The position numbers were made by a program, and so were the translations under genes. The notes beneath the pieces were generated by a model, which did no database searches, was not told the origin of the DNA, and saw nothing but the letters and a program-made list of their open reading frames with translations. This document shows, piece by piece, positions 11,880-24,460 of a stretch of 64,000 bases of DNA. The stretch spans positions 91,008 to 155,007 of the forward strand of contig JAAOMT010000603.1 in NCBI GenBank assembly GCA_016748015.1, read 5' to 3'. Position 1 is the stretch's first letter; every line of letters begins with the position of its first letter. The DNA comes from Geosiphon pyriformis uo1. Lineage: Eukaryota > Fungi > Glomeromycota.

Positions 11880-14170
11880 TTTTGTTTTTATTATTATTTT
11901 TTTTTATTAAGAATTTAATGAATATGGCCCAACTATTATTTAGAAATTAGGACCAAACTAAGTGATCTAAGACTAAATATGGTTTATGTACTTGCTACAT
12001 ATAATCAGCTACTCGAGCCAGTTTAGGCTATACTATGTTGATGCATCAGAAAAAAACTTACCCAAAAAAGACATTTTTTGAACAATCTCAAATAATGTAG
12101 CACTATTATTAACCAATTCAACCAATCATTTAGCTGTCTTAAAAGCATTAGTCTTTATAGCAGCAGATTCATGTTCCCAAAGAGACATTAAATTAGAAAA
12201 CATATCATCATCAAAAGATGACAAACTTATATAAGGGCCAGACATATCAATATTCTCAAAATCATACTCAGTTTTTAGAGCAATCACTTCTCGCTCCAAC
12301 TTACCAACAGTTTTGCTAAAAGTACTTATGTGAACCAAAATCTCATTGACTTTGAGGCCAAGAACAGAACTTGAAACCAGATCTCCATTAAAAATTTGTT
12401 TAAAAACTTTAACCATAGAACCAATAGGCTTAACAATAAATTCAACCAAAACAGAAAGCTTGGCCAAATCAGATTCCAGAAATGCCAGCCAAAAAGACAC
12501 CAAAGAATCTTCAACAGCCACAGAAAAAGCAGAAGCCACCAAAAAAGAAAACTCAGAAAAAACAGGAAGAACAGATGCCTTTGCATAAGACAGAGAACCA
12601 ACAAAATGTGGTTCAAACATCTTGGGAGCCTTAGAAGAGGGAGGTGGAGCAACCTTACAGTTCACAGCCAAGTGGTCTATCTCTTGACATCAAAAACAAT
12701 GCCGACAACCAGAAGTTTCTTACCAGATATGACACTTTCTTAGTGTACCAGTTTTAATAACAGCAAGGTCCAAATCAGCTTGAGAGCCAAATGTAACCAA
12801 AGCAAAGTGAAAATGACAACCAAAATCAGGAGATTGAGGAATAAAACAAGTCTGACTACCAACTTGAGAAACCATATTACTGATTTCAAAGGCAGTGCAG
12901 CCAGGAGAAAGGTTGACCAACTTGGTCTTAAACCTATCACAAGACACAATTGTTTTTTGTTGATTTACAAGAAGAAGAATCCAAACACTATCTTTGTCCA
13001 CCAAAACTGACCAGTAATTGAGAACAGATATGACAGCAATTAAACTCTCAAAATGGACCACAACATATTGCCAAATGCCAGCAGACTTTAGCACAACATG
13101 AGTAATTACACTAAAAACACTGAGAACTGTCTTAATATTAGCAGCAGACACATCCAAAAGCACATCATGCAGTGTAACAGCAGCAAAAGGAGAGCCAAAC
13201 TCAGAAACTACCAAGAACTTGGCAATTTTGAGGGTGGCCAAACGTACAGAGCTTGTAAGCTCAACCAAAAATGCAGCTTCCAAAAACACTTGAGAAGCAA
13301 ACTCCATACAAAACAGTTTCATATTGTTCTTTAATACTAACTTCACATCCAGAAAACCATGTACTGACTGAAAAACAGCCTTAACATAAGCCAATTTGAT
13401 CTTAAAAGTAGCATTAGGCACTAGAGTAGAGGCCACCCACCCAGCAAATTTTTGGTAACTAGTGATAGTTTCCCAAGCACCACCAGAAGTAGTACCAGAA
13501 ACTAAAGGAAGAGATGATTCAGTTTCCATTTGATCAGCCCAGTTTCCAAGAACAGGTAATCCAACAGGAGAAGATTGTTTTACTTCTAAAACCAGTAATG
13601 ATCTACTAGAAGACACCATATTTGGCAACACAACCAGTAGTTGATCTAGACCTATCTTAGACAATATGCCAGATAATACTATAGAGATCTTATCTAAGAT
13701 CTCATTGGAAACCACAAAGGGATTTGGTGTAACAATAGCAAAGACAAGTAACTGCTCCCACTTTTCTGAACTTTTGGTCTTTTTGACTATTTTTTTTGAA
13801 AAGAAGATGCTAGCAGCACCAGATATAGAAGCTATAAAAAAAAAGACCAGCTTGTTAACTAGTCTATTATTAAACACTTTTGGGCTTTTAATAGGGGTGG
13901 AGGCAACACTGGGACTAACTTAATTGTGTCTTTTTGAGGGAACTTTGACTGGTGAGAAACCAGTTAAAGATGAGAAAGTTGCTTTAATGACCACTAAAGG
14001 CAGCTTATCATGATTACTAAGTAAAAGGAAGGCTTCTAAAACGTTTTGCCTAGTTGCTTCTACAACAGAAAAAGCTCTTCTGGTTGAAATTTTATTAGAT
14101 ATTTCAAGACAAATATCAGGTACAGCCTTTTTACTTTTTGCTCTGGTTATGGTTATAAAATCAAAGAGAC
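11880..14170 (-). mobile_element. Non-autonomous ORF1-only LINE derivative (RRM-like + CCHC ORF1 joined directly to the LINE 3' tail)
   Basis: One decayed frame from about 14150 to TAG at 12033-12035. It has RRM-like blocks and CF*CQEIDHLAVNC that align with LINE ORF1 (16200-16720). The tail at 11925-12032 matches 41146-41250, then an A-rich tail. Confidence 0.8.
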
Positions 14171-15459
14171 AAAGAGTAATTTGTATTTTTTATTATCTTG
14201 TATAATATTTTTCTTAAAACTATTATAAATAATATTAAAAATACTTTGCATATTTTTAATGAAATTTTTAAAATTAATTTAAAGCTTATTAATTAATAAT
14301 AATATACTATTGTGTATTTAAAAAATTTAAACTTATTATTAATTTTTAAAAAAAATTATTATTTTTTATAATATATTTAAAATTAAATTGATTAATTATA
14401 TTGTATTTAAAATCAGTAATTAATTTTTTAAATTTATAATTATATCTGTTTTATTTTTTTATTTTTTTAAAGATTAAAATAGGTAATTATTATATTTGGT
14501 TTTTAAGCTAATTTAAATATTATTATTAATAAAATTAATATATTAAAAAAATTATATTTAATAAAAACTTTTAAATCTTAATATTGTTTTAAGTATTAAA
14601 ATCTAAATTATTGGTTCTTAAATACAAATACTTTTATTTTTTATTTTAAAATTTTTGTTTAAATATATAACTTTAAAATTTTTAAGTTTTGTTTTGTTAA
14701 TATTAAAATTTATGTTAAAATTATTATTTTTTTGGTTTTTTTATTATTATTATAATTATTAATTTTGCAAATAATTTTAAATTAAAATTACTAATTAAGT
14801 TTATTATTAAATTTGTTGATATTATAATTTTTTAATTATAAAATTTATTAATAATTATGTTTTTGTAAATATTAAATTCAAAAAAAAAATTTTATTTAAG
14901 AAAATATTGGTATTTTTCTAAAAATTATTAATAATTTAAGCAAAAAAATAATAAATTTTATAATAAAATTATATTTAATAAAAGTTTATATTTTTTTGTA
15001 AATAATAAAATTTTTGCAAAAATAATAGTGTTTTAGAAGTTCTAAATTTCTAATATTAAATTTAATATAATTAAAACTGTTATATAAATAGCTAATTTAA
15101 TTTTTAATAATAATAATAAATATATATTATGTTATTATAAAAAAAAAAAAAAAATTTAAAATCTTATGTTTTATATAATTTTATATAATATGTAATTTTA
15201 AATTTTTATTAATTAATTAAAATATAGAAATATTAAAATCTTATGATTTTAAATAGTATATAAATTATTAATCAATTAAAATATAAAAATATAGTCTAAT
15301 TTATGATACATAAATTGAACTTTTAATATGTTGAATTTTTTGTATTTATTATATAACTATATTTAAATACATTATAAAATTTTTATTTTATTAAAAAACA
15401 AAAAAACTTCTTTCTCTTCTTTGTCAAAAAAAGTTTTTTCTGAAAAAAGTTTTTTACAA

Positions 15460-17317
15460 TTCAGTATGATAAATCCAAACCATTTTTGCTTGATTATAAA
15501 GCCACTATTGGCCTTAGCATTGCCATTCTGAATAAGTCTATTATGGAGTCTGGTTCTAATATTGAAGTCAAATCTGTAGAGTCCAAAAAAAAAAGGAGAA
15601 ATAGTGCTTTAAAAGACAGTATTAGTAATAGAAAGATTGCTGCTATGGTGCCAAGTAGTCATTTTTGGGGATCTAAAACTGGTGATACTACCAAGTCAGA
15701 TAGTATAAACATGGAGAAGGAATTTTTGGTTAAGAAGACTAGCTTTGATTATGGAGAAAATAGTGCTCTTGCTGATAGAGACTTGGAACAAACTCTTAAG
15801 AGTTTAAAAATTCAGACCAAAAGAGCACTGGGCAAATCATTGAGAAAAATTGACTTCTTGGGTGATAATAGTAATGACATTTTCTTAGACAAACCTGTGG
15901 TTCTCTCTCACTTTTTAAAGAACTTGGTCAATGTCTCTGTTAGAAAATCTTATGCTTTAGACATCAGTTTGGACAATGTTATTAGAAATTCTGCTCAAAA
16001 AAAGCTTATGGTAGTTAGAAAGTTATTTTTGGAAATTAATGGTTTTGGAGGGGTCTCTACCTCCTCAAAATTTGCTGGGATTATCAAAGCATTGTTTACT
16101 TCTGAATCAAGCTTGGCTTAAGCTTTCAAAAAGGCTGAGGATGTGAAGATTCTGATAAACACTGATCTCAAAAAATCAACTAGTCATTCAAATTGGGCTG
16201 TAATAGTAAAGAAAATTTCTGTTGGAACATTATCTGAAGCTGTGCATGCAGTATTTTCTGAGTTTAGATCTGTTGTGTCAATCAAGATGCAATTGGTGGG
16301 ATAACAAAAAACTGTGGTAGAGTTTGTCCAATCAGATCAGGCTAATCTGGTTGCAGCAAAATAGTCTATTCTGATCAAAAAAGATGCAGTAAGAGTTGCT
16401 AAGACTAATATAGATAGGGAATTATGGAATACAAAAGATTAGCATAGGGCATTGCTCTATATATTGCCAATGGGCACCAATGCTCATAACATCTGGGATT
16501 TCATTGGTTTTGTAGATGGGAAAACATGTGTCATTAACTGTTATCTAGTTATTATGCTTAGACCAGATATACAACTATCTGCTTTGAATCTGCTGAATTA
16601 TTGGCCACTGTGCTGATGTCCATTCCAGTTTTGAAAAGTACCAATTTGCACTGGTTCTGTTTGGTTTCTACTAAGTGTGCCAAATATGGGAGCCTGGGTC
16701 ATATGTCTTTGGACTGTGTTATTGGTGAAAAATTTTCATCTGATGCTTCTAAGCTTAGAGCTTTCTTAGAGACAAATAAAAGTAGACTGGCCATCATATA
16801 TGCCAAATGTTTGACTTCTATTATTAAACCAGTGGCTTTTGGTAGTGTTTTATGAGCAAGTGTAGTTGGTGGGTTTTCTTTTTCCTTTCTTTTTGTCCAT
16901 AATGGTTTGGTCGAATTTGGTTTATTTTTAAAGATAAAACCTATCATGTCTGCTGTAATTAATTTGGAGTTATGATTGGTTGGTATTGAAAGCAGTATTA
17001 CTAGCCTCACAGAGCAAATTAGTGAGCTGGCTAAGAAGTTGAAGTCACTCATGCTGGCAGTTTCCCAGCTTAGTCCTGGATGTCAGCTGCTGGTGACCTC
17101 TTCATCACAGAATTAGGTGAGCAATATAGTGATAAGAGAGAGTTTGAGTGAGGCCATTAGTAATGATACTGCTATGATTTTGAATCCATCTACTCTCCTT
17201 GAAGTGGCTAAATTAGAGAAATTGTTGAAAGGACTTTCTGCTTCGGTTTTGAGTTTGTTAGCTCATATGGATAGCATAGTTTTGGCTGGTGGTGTGTTTC
17301 CCTTTACTCCACTTTAA
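15460..17317 (+). pseudogene. LINE ORF1 (RRM-like + zinc knuckle + coiled coil), disrupted
   Basis: RRM-like AVIVKKISVGT..VVEF, knuckle CAKYGSLGHMSLDC, C-terminal heptad region. Confidence 0.75.
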
Positions 17318-17319
17318 TA

Positions 17320-19234
17320 ATTAATTTGGTATGGAAAATTGCTACATGTAATGTTAGGGGTATGAACAATTCAGCAAAACAAGAGAATATTGTTCATTGG
17401 TATTTGAAGTCTGATAACATGATTTCTATTCTTACTGAAACTAAGTTGAGAGCAAATATTGAGCCTTGGATTAAAAACAAGTTTGAGGGTGTTAGAATTT
17501 TTATTTTTGGCCTAGATATGGGCTTTCTGAGTGCAAGAATGGCTATTGTGATGAATAGTTTGCTGGCTTGACATGTTTCAAAAATTGAGAAAATTCCTGG
17601 TCAAGTTATTTTTGTTTATTTGTTGTTTAAGGGCAAGCTCACAGTAACTTTTCTAGGTTTGTATACTGGTACTTCAGCCAAAACTCAGTTTTTTCAGGTT
17701 TCTGGCATCAATTTTCTTATTTCTAGGACTGTGAACACAAGTCCTTTCACAGTTCTTGATGGCAATTTCAATGAAGATAGAGTTAAAAGGTGTGCAAGTT
17801 TCAAGAAGTGTTTGGAGGTGGGTTTAACCAACTCATTGAATGGCTTTTTTTTGAGTAAATCTAGCATTTGGAGCAATTTGCATGGAATTTTGAGAGTTAT
17901 TGATTATGTTTTTGTGAGTAATGTTTTGGCTTCTGCTATTGTTGGACATAAAGTTACCTCTGTGTCCAAATTTTTTAATACTGATCATAATATAATTGAG
18001 ATCTCAGTTGGATTGAGGAGTTTGGTTGATACATGTTTGAACAATATTTACAAGCAGGCTAATAAAGACCAGTGGAAATTTAAGATCAAAAATGCAGATG
18101 TGGCCAAATGGGTGCATTTCAAAAAACTTTCTTTAGCTAGTCTGGCTATGTCTCTGAATTCCTTTTTGGTCGCAAAAGAAAAGAGAAATTTGGATGGGAT
18201 ATAAGAGGTGTTAAAAAGTACAATGTGTAATTTAGTTAATGAAATATTTTCCAAACACTGGTTTAGTAAGTTTAATTGCCCAAAAAACAAACAGTCTTCA
18301 AGGTTTTTCAAATTAGAATCTTTGATTGCCAAGGTTATGAAATGTTTGTCTATAGGACAAATATTGGAATTTGATCATCTTGTATAGGTTTGGTTAACTT
18401 TTGATAATGTTGAGGCCTCTAAGTTTTTTGCCTTGTATCATGACAAGCTTAAATCAATTGTGCTATTCAAGCATCTGTTCAGAGCTAAAAAGAATTATTG
18501 TAAGTCCAAATACTATGAGGCTGAGCTGGCCAAAAATAGATGCATCAAAAATATGATCAATAAGTAAATAGAAAATTTTGTTTTGGATAAAGACAGTATG
18601 ATCAGAAGTGTCTTGGAGCGACTATTTTACAAAGTTGTTCTAGATCATTTGGTGATTGGGAATGAGCTGGTTGTGGAACCTGGTAAGATAAGATTCAAAG
18701 TAGATGAAATCATGGTAAATTAGACTCATAAGTGGAGAGTGTCTCCAGTCTTACCTGTTCTTTGGGCTGCCAATATAGTCTTTTGAGATATGTTAATAAT
18801 GCTGCTTTTTTAGAAGTAATGTGTAATATTAGTCTGGGTGAATTGTTTTTGATAATCAGTGGTTTACCTGATGGAAAGACTGCTGGTCTTTCTGATATAC
18901 CTAATGAATTGTGAAAGCACTGCAGTGACAAGGTAATAACATGTCTTCTAAATCTGTTGAATTCTTGTTTGATGACAGATGATGTTTCCACTTTTTGGAA
19001 GAAGGCTTGGGTCTCTATAATTTCCAAGCCCTATGACTGGGGTGGAGTTCTAACCAACACAAAGCTGATTGTGCTCATAGAAACTGTGAAGAAAATTTTG
19101 TCTAAGGTTTTGTCAGATTGTATCTCATCTGCATGCAGCAAGTTTGGCATTCTGCATGATAACAATTTCTCAGTTTTGAAAGGCACTTCAACTCAGTCTC
19201 CAGTTTTTGCAGTGGGCTCAGTCATTGAAGATGC
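17320..19234 (+). pseudogene. LINE ORF2 5' part: APE endonuclease + RT N-terminus
   Basis: KIATCNVRGMN, ILTETKL, GNFN, RVIDYVFVS, TDH (endonuclease); KTAG..DIPNEL, IISKP, LIVLIETVKKILSK (RT). Confidence 0.9.
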
Positions 19235-20090
19235 TGTTACAAGTAATTATTTGAGGTCTTAAATCAAATAACAAACTCATAACTTGGTGCTCAGTAACTA
19301 ATCTGGTAAATGGTATTGGTAATGTTGGTATGTTGTTATTATCTGAAAGTTTTGTTGTGAAGTCTTTTGTATAATAGACAGAGATTTAATTGATGGTTTT
19401 ATTCGTAGTTTCCCGAAACTGCAGTTTCATCAAATTTTTTTCTTAGCGTAGTGGCCAGTAATCTTTTTAGTAAGCTATCTTTAAATCTATGAGTGTTCTA
19501 CCCTTGTTTCATGGGTTTTTTACCAGTTTCTATGATGTTTGTATCTTAGCACTTAATTTTTAATCAATTTAGTAAAACCAAAGAAATAATAAAAAAAATA
19601 AAAAAAAATACAAGAAGATAAAGAAATGAGTAAAAAAAAATTGCAAGTTAGTATCCATTAATAGCCATGATCAAGAGCTATTGTTCTAGTGTAGTTTAAG
19701 TATCACTTACTATCAACATGAAGTGTTAATAGTGAAAAGTGGAATTAAGATAAAAAATAATTATTTATTGATATTTGTGAATTGAAAAGTCGCTTAAATG
19801 AAATCTAAACTGAAAAGTCTGTTCTTTTTACTTCTAACACTACTGCTATATATACATAATTAAGATTCCTCAATTCCTCAATTTTTCACACCAGGAATCC
19901 TGGAATTCCTGGAATTCTTTTAAGAGGAATCCTAGAATTCTGGAATCTTGCAATTCCTTGTACAAGAATTCTGAGATTTCTGAAATCCTACAATTCCTCT
20001 AGGAGGAATCCTGGAATTCCATATTTACTATGGCTACTTCTGATTGGCTAATTTATATGCTAATATACTTCCTATATTCTATGAGTAATA
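19235..20090 (-). repeat. 3' LTR of element C (856 bp)
   Basis: Direct repeat of 38582-39405. Contains GGAATCCTGGAATTC repeats. Confidence 0.95.
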
Positions 20091-20794
20091 TTATTCTCTC
20101 CTTTTAATATTGAGCTCTGTCAAAATCTCCTAATTCTAATTCTTTATCTTTGAGTATTTTTTGAACTTCTTTTTCAAGAATTACTTGTGTTATCTTGTTT
20201 TGTAATTCTTCAAATTGGGCATTTGTTATTTTTTCCATTTGGTTAATGGTAATAGAGTTCATTTCTGAATTAAATAAGATTTCTGGTCAATCTTGAAATC
20301 CAGTGTGTAGCCAGTAGATAGCTCTTGCTTGTGTGGTCAAATTGTTCTTTTCCATAAATTGTTTCAATTGTTGTAGTATTGTTGTGTCAAATAATCATTT
20401 TGTTTTATCCATATACAAGTTTTGAATATTCAAGTGTTGTCCTAAATAAAAGTAATAAAAGTTTTTTGGAAATTGTTGTATCCACCAATTCCAAGTTTTT
20501 ATAGTCAACTCTTGATATTGGACGACTTTTAGTTGTGTTTCTATTGCCATTTTTACTTTTGTGATTATTTTGTCTATGGTGTTTTCCATTTTTCTTTGTA
20601 TTTTGTCTTGTAGTCTTTTTTTGGTGTTTGTGTATCAGATAATTTGTTGGTTGATTGTAATTTCTATCTTTTGTTGTTATATCAGTTGAAAAAGTTGTTG
20701 TGCTAGTAAGTAAATATTGTTAGTAATTTCTATTTTTCTGATGTCTTTTGTCATGTATATTGTGTCTTTATATAATCTTTTGGGTTGTTCAATT

Positions 20795-23620
20795 TTATGT
20801 GTTTGGTTCAATGATTATAATTGGTTCTAGATCTTGTGGAATCTTATTTGGTTTGACTAGTATTCTCTGAACTCTTAATTGTGAAATATTACTGGTAGAT
20901 GATAATACTATATGGTAATATTGTTTCAGTTGATCACTATATGCTGCTTTGGTTAAGATTTTGTTGTTTAACCTTAATTTATAAGCTTTATTTTCAAGAA
21001 TTTCTTCTATGTGAAATAGTCTGTCCCATTTGGGGTCAAATTTTCTACTCCATTGTTTTTCCACTTTGGTATAATATAAAAGTACTTTGTCTCCAATCTT
21101 GAATTCAACCGGTTTTTCTGGTAGTTGGTTGTTATGTCTTTCTTTTTGTTTTTCTTGTGACTTTTGTATATTATTAGCTGCTCTTTGCCTTTTGTTTTCT
21201 AATGTTTCTATTAAGTCATATGTTCTTCTTAACAATGTTTTTTGAAAATTCTTTTCAGTTATTGGTTCTATTAGATATGTCTTTACTTTTATTTCAACTG
21301 GTAATGTTGCTGTTCTATCATATACTAATTTGAATCGTATTGCTTGTGTAGTGTCTTGTTTCATTGTCCAATAAGCAAATAGTACTAATAGTATAATCAA
21401 ATTCTATTCATCTTGGTTTTCTTGGCTAATTTTGGCAATGGCTTTGCACAATGTTCTATTAAACCTTTTAACTAGCCCATTTGTTTGTGAATAGTATAGT
21501 GATGATAATGGTTTTTTTATCCCAAATCTTTGGCTTAATTTTGCCAATGTTCTATTTACAAAGTGAGTTCTTTGATTTGATAGTAGTTTTTTTGGACATT
21601 CATGTTAACAGATCAAATTTTGATGAACAAATTTGGCAATAGATTCTGCATCTGCTCTTTGAATGACTTTTGCTTTTGGCCATTTTGTGAGATAATCCAT
21701 AGCTACTGCAATATATCTGTTGTCTCTGCTGGTAATTGTTAATAGTCTGACTAAGTCAATTCCAATATAGTCAAATGGTTGTCCCACTTTGATTGGTCTC
21801 AATGGTTCATTGGGTTTTGTTTCATCTTTTTTTTGGCAAGCATCACAATTTTGAACATATTAAATAATATCTGGATATATTAATGGCCAATAGTATTTTT
21901 TCCTGGTTCTTTCCATGGTTGCTTCTTTATGAAAATGTCCTGCTGTTGGATTTGAGTACATGTTGAATGATATTGTCTCTTTCTCTGGTTCTGTGATTAC
22001 TCTGGTTGGTTGATTTGGATTTCTTTTGTTCTTCTGGTAAAGTGTATTTTGATGATTAATAAAATGGTTTAATTGTTGTTTTATGTTTCTTTGTTCTTTT
22101 TAAGATAATTTTTTCTTGAACAATTGGGTATTTATATAATGTTGTAGTTGTTGGTATTTTTGTATATTTATTTTTTGTTATATTTTTGGGTTGAAATGTT
22201 TTTAGATTTGTCTCATTTGTGACAAACTGTTGGCATTTCTGTTGTCTTTTTCTTTTTTATAATGTACTGTATAATTAAATAGTGAAAGTTCTATTTTCCA
22301 TTTGGCATGATGATTGTCTGCAAATTTTTGTTTTTAGATTGAAGTTAACTCTTTGTGATTGGTGTATACATCAAACTTTTGACTCAAGTATTTTTTTCAT
22401 TTGATAACAGCCCAATAGATAGCTAAGTGTTCTAGTGCTAGAGTACTATAGTTTTTTTCTGTTGGATTTAAGCTTCTACTGGCATAAGCTACTGAATATT
22501 CTCTTCTATCTGGTTTTTTCTGTGATAATACTGCTTCCAATGCTTGGCCTAATGCATTGGTGGTAATAATAAATGGTTTGTTGTAATCTGGATACATTAA
22601 CACTGGAGCTTAAATAAGCTTTCTTTTCAGTGTGTTGAATGCTTTTTGTTGAGCTTCTGTTCATTCATACTTTACATTCTTAGTTTGTAAGTAATAAAAT
22701 GGTTGGGCCAGTTTAGAAAAGTTCTTAATGAAATGGCAATAATATCTAGCGAATTCCAAAAATGTTCTTAGTTTCATCAAGTTGGTTAGTACTGAAAAGT
22801 TCTTTACTATTGCAATTTTATCTGGATCTATTTTAATGCCATCTTTGCTTATAACATATTCCAAAAATTTTAACTCTGTTTTGCCAAAAAAACACTTGAT
22901 CACATTTAATTTCAATCCTGTTTTTCTTAATTTTTCAAACACTTGTTGGAGATGATGCAAATGATCATCAAATGTCTTTAAGAACACATTGGTGTTATCT
23001 AAGTAAACAACTACTGATTTCCACAGTAATCTAGTATAGACAATTTCCATGAGCTGTTGGAATGTTGCTAGAGTGTTTATCAAGCCAAATGGCATCACTT
23101 CAAATTCAAAATTTCTTTCCCAAGTTGTAAAAGCTGTTTTCTTTTTGTCTTTTGGTTTTATGACTACTTGCCAGTAACTATTGTCTAAGTCTAATGTTAA
23201 GAACCATTTCTTTCCTCCAAAAGTGTCGAACAATTCCTGGATCTTGGGAGTTAGATAACTATCACTTTTAGTTACTCCATTTAGTTTCTGATAATCTACA
23301 CAAAAACAGATCTTTCTGTTCTTTTTCCGAACTAGTACTACTGGTGATAACTATAAGCTCATTGATGATTGAATTAGCTTGTTGTCAAGCATCTGGTTGA
23401 TTTTTTGACAAATGATCTCATAGCTAACTGGTGGTACTTTGTATGCTCTCTGTTTAATTGGCATTGCATCTCCAGTCTTAATTTGATACTGGATAATGTT
23501 AGTTCTGCCAAATTCATTTTTGCTGGCAAAAATGTCATTGAAATTGTTGAATAACATTTTGAGTTGCATATGCTGTAATGAATCTAAGTTTCCCATATTC
23601 ATTTAGTTCAATTGTTTTTG
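20795..23620 (-). pseudogene. Element C RT-RNase H-integrase (disrupted)
   Basis: TLDLDNSYWQV, VMPFGL, VVYLDNT; IITTNALGQALEAVLSQ; GIDLV, DYLTKWP, GPY/F-like W.RLFHIEEILENKAYKL. Confidence 0.93.
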
Positions 23621-24034
23621 TTGAAACAGATAACATTTTTCTCATCCATAGATTGTTTGTGATGTGATATTTACATATTTGCATAATTGTGGAAAATCTA
23701 GAATGTTGTCTGGTAGTTGATCTTTGATTTTCGTGGTTAAATGTCTAATAGGTGTTCCTTTCAGTATCTCTATGATCTCTCCCATATTGTTGTAAATGGG
23801 AATTTTTATGTGGTTGTGGTTCTTGGTTAGTATGTGTAAATTAACTAATCCAATTTTTTCTTATTCACAAAGTGTTGCTTCTGCTTCAAAAATTTGTACT
23901 TGATTCTTTACTTTTTTTTCTATAATTACTATGTACTGGTCATATAATAGAATGGAAATTGGTTGACAGGTAGAGATAATTTTTTCTTTGTCAACAATTT
24001 TTTCCTCTGCCATATTAACTGGTACATCTATTCT

Positions 24035-24460
24035 ACCTGTGGATCCAAATCTTTGTATTCCTCTAGCAGTAATTCTTAATTCTTTTTTGCTTCTCACTGA
24101 TACTAATTGAACTATCTTTACCAGAAACAGGAATATTGCTTGTACTATCTTTTCATTTGGCTCTATGATATAGGCTTTTTCTGAGTCATTTTGTAGCATA
24201 GCAATAATATTTTCTACATATCCTGTGTTAATTATCCTCCCTCTGATGTTGATTCTCTTTTTCACTAAACTACTTCTAAATATTAGTTGAACCATTGTTG
24301 CCGGAATTTCTAGTGCTATTTTAAGATCAATACATGTGTGCAAATATGGTTCCAATTTGATGGTGTCTTTCCTTAGATATCTTAAATCAAATCCTGCATT
24401 AGTATTATGTGCACATTCTGGCATAATACCTTTATTATTATCACTGAACCATTTAAGTTC
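24035..24460 (-). pseudogene. Element C dUTPase domain
   Basis: AGFDL, RSSLV, RIINTGYVEN, KIVQ, RGIQRFGSTG. Confidence 0.92.

Noticed and set aside
20105-20740. Envelope gene call for ORF3
   Set aside because: No signal peptide, furin site or transmembrane helix is visible, so it is kept as an unknown ORF.
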